The position numbers and the translations under genes are program-made. The notes beneath the pieces were generated by a model. That model was given only the letters and a program-made list of their open reading frames with translations. It was not told the origin of the DNA and ran no database searches. From Candidatus Latescibacterota bacterium (GTDB lineage: Bacteria > Latescibacterota > UBA2968 > UBA8231), in the NCBI GenBank assembly GCA_965243025.1, contig CBDETY010000003.1, positions 800,001 through 864,000 on the forward strand: a DNA stretch of 64,000 bases, in the 5' to 3' direction. This document shows, piece after piece, positions 1-8,946 of this stretch (positions are counted from its first letter, which is position 1; the number at the start of each line of letters is the position of its first letter).

Positions 1-239
1 GGATCCAGTTCCGACCCCCACATCCCCTCTGCGAAGTCGAGCAGGGTCATCGTCGGCTCGCCGACCAGATCGTACCACTCGTCCACCGATCCGTCGTCGA
101 GCTGGATATCGGCCAGCATCCCGTCGGTGAGATAGGGGATCGGATAGACGCGGCCGCCGGCGTGGGCAAGGGCAGACCCTGCCAGCAGGAGGAGGACGAA
201 GGTTGCGTGCAGCAGTTCCCTGATTCTCAAGGCGTTCAT
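1..239 (-). CDS. Secreted putative sugar-binding protein, 5' part only (runs off the window); tandem paralog of 344..1288
   Basis: The reverse strand from ATG at 239 reads MNALRIRELLHATFVLLLLAGSALAHAGGRVYPIPYLTDGMLADIQLDDGSVDEWYDLVGEPTM, nearly identical to the N-terminus of 344..1288. Confidence 0.8.
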   Translation of the reverse strand, partial: MNALRIRELLHATFVLLLLAGSALAHAGGRVYPIPYLTDGMLADIQLDDGSVDEWYDLVGEPTMTLLDFAEGMWGSELD

Positions 240-343
240 GGCGGTTTTCCTCGAATATCAACTCATGGGCATCGGCTGTTCACGACCGAATGCAGGACAA
301 TTCCCTACCCCATGAGGATTGGAATCCCGGAGACCTGGGCCGG

Positions 344-1288
344 TCAATCCATCTCCAGGGAGGCCTTGATCCGGCCCCAGGAAACCGGTTCGGCGGCAGT
401 GCCTGTTTCCTGCCCGCCCGGGTCGGGGGAGAGGAGGAGGCCGTCGATGAAGGCGTCGGCTCGATGCTGCAGCAGGTGAGCATAAGCGGGAAGCTCCCCC
501 CCGAATCGCACCATGGGTTCGGGGGACCAGCCGGTCGCGATTTCAGACCGATCCCAGTCGTTCAGCAGAATCCCGAAGCCGATGACCTTTCCCGGCTGCA
601 GGTCGCTGACAACGCCGTTCTCCGGTTCCTCCTGGGCCCCGGAATCGAAGGGAGTGACATACAGCTCGGTCACGCTGATGACGGGGTTTTCCCCGGCTGT
701 GCCGCCGCCTGCCTCGGCGTATGGGGGGAGGATTGTCCAGGGGGTCTCCCACCGGATCGGGACCTCTTCCATGGGCGGCCCGCCGCTGGCGTGGGCAATG
801 GCCATGTAAACCTGGGTCTTCCCGTCGACCTTCCCCCAGTCCGGACTTCCATCATATCCCGCCCCCCCGCTGTGGTCGGCGTCGATTCCCAGGATGATGT
901 TGTCCTGGAACAACATCCAATTTTCGAGCTCGTCCGGGTAGCCGGGGACATAGGTGTTCTTGTACAGGTCGTCGCTGACTGAAACGGCCAGGTACAGGCG
1001 GGCGGGGTCGTCGTGCCAGGCGAGCCAGATGCCGAAGTCGAGGTCGGCCGGATCGGGTCCCGGCCCCCACGACCCGTCTTCGAAGCCCAGCGGCGTCATC
1101 GTCGGCTCGCCGACCAGGTCGTACCACTCGTCCACCGATCCGTCGGCGAGCCGGATATCTGCAAGCATCCCGTCGGTCAGGTAGGGGACCGGATAGACGG
1201 GGCCGCCGGAGTGGGCGCCGGCCGAAACTGCCAGCAGAAGGAGGCAGAGAGCCGCGTGCAGCAGTTCCCTGGTTCTCAATGCATCCAT
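344..1288 (-). CDS. Secreted putative carbohydrate-binding (CBM9/DOMON-like) protein with C-terminal SWGRIKA motif
   Basis: Signal peptide; 'DGSVDEW', 'WLAWHDDPARLYLAVSVSDD' and 'IGFGILLNDWD' resemble the CBM9-like fold; C-terminal AAEPVSWGRIKA. Confidence 0.6.
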   Translation of the reverse strand: MDALRTRELLHAALCLLLLAVSAGAHSGGPVYPVPYLTDGMLADIRLADGSVDEWYDLVGEPTMTPLGFEDGSWGPGPDPADLDFGIWLAWHDDPARLYLAVSVSDDLYKNTYVPGYPDELENWMLFQDNIILGIDADHSGGAGYDGSPDWGKVDGKTQVYMAIAHASGGPPMEEVPIRWETPWTILPPYAEAGGGTAGENPVISVTELYVTPFDSGAQEEPENGVVSDLQPGKVIGFGILLNDWDRSEIATGWSPEPMVRFGGELPAYAHLLQHRADAFIDGLLLSPDPGGQETGTAAEPVSWGRIKASLEMD

Positions 1289-1298
1289 GGGCTTTCTC

Positions 1299-2303
1299 TC
1301 AATTGCCGGTTGAACCCCCTTCTTCCCGCACCGAGGCCAGGATCTCGAGAGACCGGTGGCATGCCGCCGGATCGAAGATGCGGCAGGTGGTGATCAGCTC
1401 GTCCGCCGCGGTCCGTTCGATAATATCCTTGATCCCCGCTTCCACCGCATCCGGGTCCCCGACCACGGAGCAGCTCAGCTTCTCCTCTACGGCCGGTTTC
1501 TCCAGGCCGGTCCAGCAGGTCTCGATGTCGTCGACGGGAGGCCCCAGCTGGTCGCGCCGGCCCCGCATCATGCCGATCGACTGCACCTGCTGCGAGGTGA
1601 ACAGCCGCCGTGCCTCCTCTTCGCTGTCGGCGCCGACGACGTTGACCCCGACCATCGCGTACGGCTGCGCCAGCTGCTCCGATGGCTTGAAGGTGGAGCG
1701 GTACACGTGCAGGGCGTCGGCCAGCAGGGCGGGGGCGAAGTGGGAGGCGAAGGCGTAGGGGAGCCCGAGGTGGGCGGCGAGCTGGGCGCTGAACAGGCTC
1801 GACCCGAGCAGCCAGATCGGCACCTGCAGCCCGGCGCCGGGGACCGCGCGCACCGCCTGGTCCGGCTCCGGGTCGCCGAACCAGGCCTGCAGCTCGAGGA
1901 CGTCGCGCGGGAACTGCTGGTCGCTGCCGGTCCGTTCCCGCCGCAGGGCGCGAACCGTCATCCGGTCGGTGCCCGGAGCCCTGCCGAGGCCGAGGTCGAT
2001 GCGCCCGGGGTAGAGGGACTCGAGGGTGCCGAACTGCTCGGCGATCACCAGGGGGGCGTGGTTGGGCAGCATGATGCCCCCGGAGCCGACCCGCATCCTT
2101 TCGGTCGCCTCGGCGACGTGGGAGATCAGGACCGAGGTGGCGGCGCTGCCGATGCCGGCCATGTTGTGGTGCTCGGCGATCCAGTAGCGGTGGAACCCGA
2201 GCTTCTCGGCGTGCCGGGCCTGGGCGCGCATGGTGCGGAACGCCGCGGCCGCGTCGCTCCCCAGGCGGATCGGGGCGAGGTCGAGGATCGACAGCGGGAT
2301 CAC
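1299..2303 (-). CDS. LLM-class flavin-dependent oxidoreductase (luciferase-like monooxygenase)
   Basis: [53 protein letters not shown] and WLLGSS motifs; the real start is GTG 2303, overlapping the upstream TGA (the ORF-track extension to 3059 is spurious). Confidence 0.9.
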   Translation of the reverse strand: MIPLSILDLAPIRLGSDAAAAFRTMRAQARHAEKLGFHRYWIAEHHNMAGIGSAATSVLISHVAEATERMRVGSGGIMLPNHAPLVIAEQFGTLESLYPGRIDLGLGRAPGTDRMTVRALRRERTGSDQQFPRDVLELQAWFGDPEPDQAVRAVPGAGLQVPIWLLGSSLFSAQLAAHLGLPYAFASHFAPALLADALHVYRSTFKPSEQLAQPYAMVGVNVVGADSEEEARRLFTSQQVQSIGMMRGRRDQLGPPVDDIETCWTGLEKPAVEEKLSCSVVGDPDAVEAGIKDIIERTAADELITTCRIFDPAACHRSLEILASVREEGGSTGN

Positions 2304-3106
2304 GGTACGGTCTCCCGTCTCTGGGGCGCCTGATCCCCCTTTACGCAGTACTCCAGCAGAAAGCGGACGGCGTCGAGCCGCGACTCCCGCGACGGCGAGT
2401 GCCCCGGGGAGTCGACGACGTGGAGCTGGCTGAGAAGGGTTTCCTGCCGCCGCTCGCGGCGCTGGATCTCGAACAGCTCCATGGCGAAGTCGACGCAGGC
2501 CCGGGTGCCGACGACGTCGTCCTGGCTGCCGACGCTGAGATGGACGGCGGTGGCGGCGAGGTCGCCGGCCCAGTGGCTGATGCGCAGGGGCCAGGTGCGG
2601 GTGCGGGGGCAGGTTTCGGTGAACTCCTCGGGGATTCCCCAGTCGGTCACCGGCGAGAGCGCGGCGACCGCCAGCAGGCGGGGATCGGCCGCGGCCAGGC
2701 GCAGCAGGCAGTACCCGGCGCGCGAGACCCCGTAGCCGACCACCCGGCCGTTGCCGGCGCCCCGCTCGAGGCAGGCGTCCACCGCGGCCTTGCCGTCCCG
2801 GACGAACTGCGCGAAGGGGTCCTCGCCGGCCAGGAAGGCCCGGCCCATGCCCGAGAGGGCCTCGCCCTGCCCGGGGCGGACGCGCTCTCCGTGGCAGGGC
2901 AGGTCGAAGCTGGCGACGAAGTGCCCGGCGTCGAGAAACGGCTGCACCGGGTGGTTCTGGGTCTCGTCGCCCAGGGCGAGGTCCGCGGTGGCGCTGATGT
3001 TGAGCAGCAGCGCCGAGTGCTCCCCGGCGAGCCCCTCCCCGGGGATGGCGAGGGTGCATTTGAAACCGGCGCCGCCGGACCGCACCGGAAACTCGGTCGC
3101 GTTCAT
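2300..3106 (-). CDS. Alpha/beta-fold hydrolase
   Basis: FDLPCHGER, nucleophile elbow GVSRAG (GxSxG-like), GSQDDVV and C-terminal GH; overlapping stop/start codons with both neighbours. Confidence 0.75.
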   Translation of the reverse strand: MNATEFPVRSGGAGFKCTLAIPGEGLAGEHSALLLNISATADLALGDETQNHPVQPFLDAGHFVASFDLPCHGERVRPGQGEALSGMGRAFLAGEDPFAQFVRDGKAAVDACLERGAGNGRVVGYGVSRAGYCLLRLAAADPRLLAVAALSPVTDWGIPEEFTETCPRTRTWPLRISHWAGDLAATAVHLSVGSQDDVVGTRACVDFAMELFEIQRRERRQETLLSQLHVVDSPGHSPSRESRLDAVRFLLEYCVKGDQAPQRRETVP

Positions 3107-4533
3107 TCCGAGGGTCCCTGCTGGAAGGAGTAGAGGCGGGCGTTGCGCAGGTAGAACTTGAGGCGGACCACCCGGCCCCTGAGGTCGTCGAAGCGGGCGC
3201 GCCTCCAGGTCATTTCCCAGCGCACCGAGTCGCCGTCGAACAGGGCGCTGTCCGGCCTGCCGAAACCCTCCTGCTGCACCCCGTCCGCGTCGAGTACGGC
3301 GACCGCCAGCTCGCCTCCGCGGGCCGCGGCGTTGATCCTCAGCGAGCCCCCCTCGCAGCGGAACGGTTTCGTGACCAGGGTGCCGGTTTCGGCTCCGGCG
3401 TCGACCGACACGAAGCCGTCGAGCCGCAGCTTGGCGAGGTTGATCGGCCCGCTGCGGCCGGTGGGGCCGTGTTCGACGCCGCAGGGGGAGTAGTAGAACC
3501 AGAGCTCGTCCCCCACCTCGACAGGGGCGTTGGCCATGTAGATCTCACCGGCGTCGTCGCTGCCGGCAGGCCCGTTCTCCATGAACCCGGCCCGATCGCA
3601 CACCCGCTCCCAGCGGACGCCGTCGCGGCTGACCGCGAGCTGGATGTCGATGGTCCCGTAGAAGCGGATGTGCGGCTCCTCCGGGTTGGTGTGGTACACG
3701 TGCAGCAGGCCGATGTAGAGACCGGCGCGGCGGAACACCGCCATGCAGTAGAACTGCGTCCCGGGGGGATCGCGTTCGTCGGGGACCAGCACCTCCTCCG
3801 GGTCGTTCCAGTGGATGAAGTCTTCGCTGGTGCACCGCCCGATGCGGCGCACCGGGTTGCCCTCGTGCACGGAGGGCCGGCAGTAGGCGACCCATGCCCG
3901 GTGGCGGTCGTCCCACCCCAGCAGCCGGTGGGCGTCGCTGGCCCGGCGGATCACCGGGTTGCCTTCGTATTTCGTCCAGCTCAGCCCGTCCGGGGAGAAG
4001 GCGACGGATACCCCGTCCCCCTCGTTCGGGGTGCCGCCCGGATCGCGGGCCTCGTAGAAGAGGGCCTTGTAGCGGCGCTGCGGGTCGTCGAGGCGGTCGT
4101 CGCAACAGACGTTGCCCCCGGCCGCGTCGAGCATGAGGAGGTTGTTCTCCTTCGAGCCGGCGTACTCGACCAGTCCGAGGTTGGGGCGCTCCCAGAAGAT
4201 GCCGTCCTGCGAGACCGCGTAGCAGTAGCTGTAGAGGAGGTTGGCCGGGTCGAAGCCGAGGTGCGCCCACTTTCCGAGGGTCGCTCCCATGCGGGCGACC
4301 CCCATGCCCCCGAGCCCGGTGTACCACATGCGGAAGCCGTCGGCGCCGCGCAGCACCGTGCCGTAGAGCTCGAGGCGGCCCTCCCACGGGTAGATGGGGA
4401 ACATCAGCGGGTTGCCGGCGTAGCGCACCGGCTGGTTGAGGGTGCGCTCGAGGCCGCGCATCTCCGCGACGATCAGCTCGTCGCAGAAGAGCTGCCTTTC
4501 GGTGCCGGCTACGATCGGTTCCTGCTTTTTCAT
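3103..4533 (-). CDS. Five-bladed beta-propeller glycoside hydrolase-like protein (GH32/GH43/GH130-like)
   Basis: Repeated Asp-box motifs SQDGIFW, SPDGLSW, SEDFIHW and SRDGVRW; RPNLGLVEY; C-terminal LRLDGFVS...ARLYSF domain. Confidence 0.7.
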   Translation of the reverse strand: MKKQEPIVAGTERQLFCDELIVAEMRGLERTLNQPVRYAGNPLMFPIYPWEGRLELYGTVLRGADGFRMWYTGLGGMGVARMGATLGKWAHLGFDPANLLYSYCYAVSQDGIFWERPNLGLVEYAGSKENNLLMLDAAGGNVCCDDRLDDPQRRYKALFYEARDPGGTPNEGDGVSVAFSPDGLSWTKYEGNPVIRRASDAHRLLGWDDRHRAWVAYCRPSVHEGNPVRRIGRCTSEDFIHWNDPEEVLVPDERDPPGTQFYCMAVFRRAGLYIGLLHVYHTNPEEPHIRFYGTIDIQLAVSRDGVRWERVCDRAGFMENGPAGSDDAGEIYMANAPVEVGDELWFYYSPCGVEHGPTGRSGPINLAKLRLDGFVSVDAGAETGTLVTKPFRCEGGSLRINAAARGGELAVAVLDADGVQQEGFGRPDSALFDGDSVRWEMTWRRARFDDLRGRVVRLKFYLRNARLYSFQQGPSE

Positions 4534-4560
4534 GAGGCTCGATCCGCACTGAATCCCGGC

Positions 4561-4602
4561 AAAAAAGAATGCCCGCCCCGGATCAGGCTCCAGGGGCGGG
4601 CA
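4561..4602 (-). terminator. Rho-independent terminator
   Basis: 10-bp perfect stem tgcccgcccc (4570-4579)/ggggcgggca (4593-4602), followed on the minus strand by TTCTTTTTT, just downstream of the 4628 stop. Confidence 0.7.
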
Positions 4603-4627
4603 GGCTATCCCGATTCCTCCGATTGAC

Positions 4628-4894
4628 TTAGACGGGATGTTGAGCGATGGCGTCAGCGGGAAGCGTTTGAATTCGCTGCCACGTCCGGGCGTCTTCAGCA
4701 GTGATGGGAAATTGAATCCTGGTATCCACTTTCCAATAGCTGTCGCCGTAAGGGTCTCTGTATTCGTAGCGCACTGTTTTGAGTAGCAAACACTCCCCTT
4801 TCGGGCTCACTTCGAGCGTCTCCGAAAGGACGGTAGCCTTTGGCTCGATTCTAGAGGGGTAGATCCCAGGGGACAAGGACTCATCGGCGCTCAT
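4628..4894 (-). CDS. Small hypothetical protein (88 aa)
   Basis: ATG overlaps the upstream stop (TGATG); lower GC than the flanks; terminator downstream. Confidence 0.5.
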   Translation of the reverse strand: MSADESLSPGIYPSRIEPKATVLSETLEVSPKGECLLLKTVRYEYRDPYGDSYWKVDTRIQFPITAEDARTWQRIQTLPADAIAQHPV

Positions 4895-5103
4895 CACTCT
4901 GCTCCTTTGGACTGTTCCTGGTGGACGTGGACAAACCGAACCGGCTGTTCTCCGCCAGAATGGGCGTCTGAATGGGTGTCGATTCGACTGTTGGTCCTGT
5001 CGATGCGGGCACCCAGATCTTTGCGAAGATCTTTGATTTCTCGCCACAGGGCGAGGCCCACCGCCAACACTACCCCCGGCGTGAGAAGCTGCTCTACGTT
5101 CAT
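4894..5103 (-). CDS. Small membrane-anchored coiled-coil protein (69 aa)
   Basis: GGGAGG RBS before ATG 5103; hydrophobic GVVLAVGLALW followed by the heptad-like REIKDLRKDLGARIDRTNSRID. Confidence 0.55.
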   Translation of the reverse strand: MNVEQLLTPGVVLAVGLALWREIKDLRKDLGARIDRTNSRIDTHSDAHSGGEQPVRFVHVHQEQSKGAE

Positions 5104-5228
5104 TCTGCCTCCCCCATTTTGGGACGATGACGACGAGTACCTCTCCATCTTCGACCACTGCACATTCGTGCAGAATGTAAGGGGCTGAAGCGATGTGTCA
5201 ACTTCCTTTTTTCCTTCCGCGAGGCCGC

Positions 5229-5256
5229 TTGTGAGACGGCTGTCAGGCGGCTGTCA
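5229..5256 (+). promoter_or_regulatory. Possible OmpR/PhoB-type binding site (Pho-box-like direct repeats)
   Basis: TTGTGA (5229), CTGTCA (5240) and CTGTCA (5251) at an exact 11-bp period in an intergenic region. Confidence 0.3.
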
Positions 5257-5643
5257 GGCGCTTTGGTGGGGGAAGAGATCAGGGAGCCGAACCCACAGGC
5301 CGACAACGAAGATCAGCCCTATAAAGCCCGATGTCGAAAACGCCGACTGGGGGGTAATTGCTCACATCGTCGACAAAGGGCAACTCCCGATCGAATGACA
5401 CGGGTGTAGATGCCGAATCCCATTGACTATCTCCCCTTTCCTGGCAAATCAGCCTGATTCCATCGCACCCGTCAAAGCGCATTCCGGGTGCCAGTGGATC
5501 CCTGTCCCTGCCCTTGCGGCGAAGTCCGGCCATTACTCGATTTTGCGAGGGCCCGACTGGGAAGGGTGTCCCCCGTCAGCCTGGGTGAACACGGCAGAAA
5601 TCGTTGTCACGAAGATTCGCACCTTCGAAAGGACAGGAGCAAG

Positions 5644-6777
5644 ATGAAAATCACCGAAATCAGGACCGCGGAGGTGACCGTCAAAATCGGCGGCGCCCCC
5701 AGCTACACCTACCACTACGTGCGCGTCCACTCCGACGCCGGGGTCTGCGGCACCGGGGAGGCCAGCCACGTCGACGGCGGCTGGCGCGGCTCGACCCGGA
5801 CCATGGCGCGGCAGCTGATCGGCAGGGACCCGCGCGACGTCGACGCCTGCTTCGAGGGGATACGGCGCAGCTACATTTTCCGCGGGGGATACTCCGGCCT
5901 CGGGATCTCCGCCCTGACCGGGCTGGAGGTCGCGCTCTGGGATCTTGCCGGCAAGGCCCAGGGGGTTCCGGTCTACCGCCTGCTCGGGGGCAAGTTCCGC
6001 GACCGGGTGCGGCTCTACGTCGACAGCGCCCGGGAAGACTGCGGGGAGCGGGCGGCGGCGGTGAAGGGGGACGGCTTCACGGCCATCAAGTTCGACCTCG
6101 ACGACGCCGCCAACCCCCACAAGCTCGACCCCTGGAACTGGTCGGTGTCCCCCGGGGAGCTCGGCATCATGGTCGACCAGGCCCGCGAGATCCGCGAGGC
6201 GGTCGGCCCCGAGATCGATCTCGCCATCGACCTGCACGGCCGCTACGACGCCACCGCCGGCGCCAAGGTCGCCCGGGAGGTGGAGGACCTGAACCTGATG
6301 TGGCTGGAGGAGCCGGTGCCGCCGGAGAACATCGACGCCCTCAAGCGCGTCACCGAGTCGACGAGCACGCCGATCTGCGCCGGCGAGAACGCCTACCTGC
6401 GCTACGGCTTCCGCGAGATGCTCGAGCGCCAGGCCGTCGACGTCATCATGCCGGACATCTCCAAGTGCGGGGGGCTGTCCGAGTGCCGCAAGATCGCCAA
6501 CATGGCGGAGATCTACTACATCCCGTTCGCGCCGCACAACAACTCGAGCGCCCTGAGCACGGTGGCCGACGCCCACGTCTGCGCCAGCGTGCCGAACTTC
6601 CTGGCGCTGGAGTTCCACCGCTACGACGACCCGACCTGGAACGACGTCATCCTCGCGGACGAGCCGGCGATCCAGCAGGGGCACGTGGTGCTGTCGGAGA
6701 AGCCGGGGCTCGGGGTGGAGCTCAACGAGGAGTTCCTGCAGGCCCAGCTCGACGAGGGGGAGCCGCTCTGGCAGTAG
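5644..6777 (+). CDS. Mandelate racemase/muconate lactonizing enzyme family protein (galactonate dehydratase-like)
   Basis: AGGAG RBS, MKITEI start; ALWDLAGKAQGVPVYRLLGGK, GFTAIKFD, DLHG, WLEEP, GEN, MPDISKCGG and APHN enolase-superfamily motifs. Confidence 0.9.
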   Translation: MKITEIRTAEVTVKIGGAPSYTYHYVRVHSDAGVCGTGEASHVDGGWRGSTRTMARQLIGRDPRDVDACFEGIRRSYIFRGGYSGLGISALTGLEVALWDLAGKAQGVPVYRLLGGKFRDRVRLYVDSAREDCGERAAAVKGDGFTAIKFDLDDAANPHKLDPWNWSVSPGELGIMVDQAREIREAVGPEIDLAIDLHGRYDATAGAKVAREVEDLNLMWLEEPVPPENIDALKRVTESTSTPICAGENAYLRYGFREMLERQAVDVIMPDISKCGGLSECRKIANMAEIYYIPFAPHNNSSALSTVADAHVCASVPNFLALEFHRYDDPTWNDVILADEPAIQQGHVVLSEKPGLGVELNEEFLQAQLDEGEPLWQ

Positions 6778-6914
6778 CCGCGGGTGCGGGCACGGAAGCG
6801 GGCGGGGCAATGACGGCCTCCGGGGCCGGCGGTCACGTGGAACGGGGGTTGTGCAGCCGCGAGTGGCCGGGGGCCTGCCGGCCGGGGCCGTAGAACCGCG
6901 CAGACTCCGGCCGT

Positions 6915-7802
6915 TCAGTCGAAGGCGATCCCGAGGCGGTTGGCGATTTCCACGATGCAGCGCCGCGCGCGGGTGTTCTCCACCTCGGTGGGGTAGTAGA
7001 CGATGTTGGGGGAAATCGTCGCGCCCGACACCCCGACGTCGCGGAAGTGCTCGATGATGAACGGGAGGCCGGGGCAGGGGACTTCGCTGAGTCTTCTCAG
7101 GTAGGTCTCGTAGTCGAGCAGGCCGGTGCCGATCGGCACCTCGTCGAGCTTCAGCACCCAGTGCGAGAGGTCGAGGCCGACGTCCTTGGCGTGGGCGCCG
7201 ATTATGTCGGGCGTCAGCAGGTCGAACATCGAGTTGAGGAAGTCGGTGGTGTTGTAGCAGGTGCGGTGGGTGCTCATGTTGACGGGGTCGAGCATGACCT
7301 TCAGGTGCGGAGAGCCGACGTCGTCGATCAGCCGCCGCAGCTGCTCGGGCGAATCGATCGGGGCGCCGTTGGTCGGGTGCAGGGCGATGGGGACGTCGAC
7401 CTCCGCGGCGGTTTCGGCCGCCTCCTCGAGCGAGGAGCACAGCCGCCGCCAGGTCGCCTGCGACCACCAGTCGCCGTCGGCCCCGAACGGCCGGCTGATC
7501 CCGACGCACCAGGCGTTCAGCTTCCGCGCGTCGCGCAGGACCTTCTTCAGGAAGGCGACTCCCCCCCGGCGCTGTTGCTCGTCGTCGCTGGCGAGGTACC
7601 CGTGCCGGTAGGCGGCGACCTCGGCGACGAACTTGCCCCCCGCCTCGAAACAGGTGCGGACCCGGTCGATCTCCCCGTCGCTGTATCCGTCCACCCCGGG
7701 CACCAGCACCGTGCCGGTGACGCCGATGGTGTCGAGCCGGTCGACCGCGTCCCGGGGATCGTCGACGCTCACCCCGCCCCAGAATGCCGCTCCAAGTCTC
7801 AT
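6915..7802 (-). CDS. Sugar phosphate isomerase/epimerase (xylose isomerase-like TIM barrel)
   Basis: LKVMLDPVN, AHAKD, PIGTGLLDYETYL and IIEH motifs. Confidence 0.8.
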   Translation of the reverse strand: MRLGAAFWGGVSVDDPRDAVDRLDTIGVTGTVLVPGVDGYSDGEIDRVRTCFEAGGKFVAEVAAYRHGYLASDDEQQRRGGVAFLKKVLRDARKLNAWCVGISRPFGADGDWWSQATWRRLCSSLEEAAETAAEVDVPIALHPTNGAPIDSPEQLRRLIDDVGSPHLKVMLDPVNMSTHRTCYNTTDFLNSMFDLLTPDIIGAHAKDVGLDLSHWVLKLDEVPIGTGLLDYETYLRRLSEVPCPGLPFIIEHFRDVGVSGATISPNIVYYPTEVENTRARRCIVEIANRLGIAFD

Positions 7803-7830
7803 CTTCGCGAACCTTTCCCGTTCCGCTGTC

Positions 7831-8724
7831 TCAGTTGATCCGGGCGCCGACCCGCAGCGCCGCCTCCTCGACGAACTCCCGGGCGCGCCGGTTCTCCCGG
7901 TCCCCTTCCGGGTAGCTGACGTACACCGGGGAGGCCACGGTCCCGGAGACGCCGACGTCGCGGTAATGCTCGATCGTCAGCACCACCCCGGGGTCGAGCT
8001 GATCGAGGCGCCGCAGGTAGGTCTCGTAGTCCATGCCGCCCATGCCGAGCGGCACCTCGTCGAGCTTGGTTATCAGGTGCCGGTAGTCGAAGTGCACGTC
8101 CTTGGCGTGGGCGGCGACGATGTCGTCGCCGAGCAGGTCGAAGCAGCGGTTGAGAAAGCCGGTGTTGTCGTGGTAGTTGCGGTGGTCGGTCATGTTGACG
8201 GGGTCGAGGATGACCTTGAGGCGCGGCGAGGCGACCTCGTCGAGGATGCCGCGCAGCTGCTCCGGGGCGTCGAGGGGGCCGCGGTTCCCCGGGTGGAAGG
8301 CCATGTCGACGCCGATGCGCTCGGCTTCGGCCGCGGCCTCGGCGGCGCCGGATACCAGCCGTTTCCAGAGATCCTCCGACCACAAGTCCCCGTCCCCGGG
8401 CCCGTCGGCGATGACGCTGACGCCGACGCAGCGGGCGGCGAGGGCGGCGGCGTCCTCGAACCCTTTTGCCAGGGTGGCCACCGCTTCCCGGCGCTGCGCC
8501 GAATCGGTGCCGGCCAGCGGCCAGCCGCACTGGTACAGGGTCACCTCGCCGACGAACATCCCGCGGGCCTCGAACTTGCGCGCGCATTGCCGGATCTCCG
8601 CGTCGCTCCAGCCCTGCACGGCGATATGGCCGAGCCCCCGGACCCCGATCCCCTCGAGACGCTCGAGGGTGCGGTCGACCCGCTCCGGACTGATCCCGTG
8701 CCAGAAGGCGACTCCCAGTCTCAT
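7831..8724 (-). CDS. Sugar phosphate isomerase/epimerase, tandem paralog of 6915..7802
   Basis: Same motifs (LKVILDPVN, AHAKD, TIEHYRDVGVSG); both proteins start MRLG. Confidence 0.8.
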   Translation of the reverse strand: MRLGVAFWHGISPERVDRTLERLEGIGVRGLGHIAVQGWSDAEIRQCARKFEARGMFVGEVTLYQCGWPLAGTDSAQRREAVATLAKGFEDAAALAARCVGVSVIADGPGDGDLWSEDLWKRLVSGAAEAAAEAERIGVDMAFHPGNRGPLDAPEQLRGILDEVASPRLKVILDPVNMTDHRNYHDNTGFLNRCFDLLGDDIVAAHAKDVHFDYRHLITKLDEVPLGMGGMDYETYLRRLDQLDPGVVLTIEHYRDVGVSGTVASPVYVSYPEGDRENRRAREFVEEAALRVGARIN

Positions 8725-8946
8725 CGATTCTCTCCTGTCGCGTTTCCCCTGCTGAACAGCATTAAGTTAAGGCATTGGTCCGCGGGGCCCCGATGCAGGA
8801 GGTCGAGACCTTCGGCGGCCTGGTGGTGTGCGATGGCTGGGACCCCGAGGGCCATCGCTTTCAGATATCGAACCGGAGGTAGCCGTCGATTGGTCCGGTC
8901 TACAGCAACCGGAGGTGCCGGCTGATGAAAAACCGGGGGGCAGACT

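Noticed and set aside
8759-8777. GCATTAAGTTAAGGCATTG, resembling IS4-type terminal repeats
   Set aside because: Too short, with no transposase or partner end nearby.
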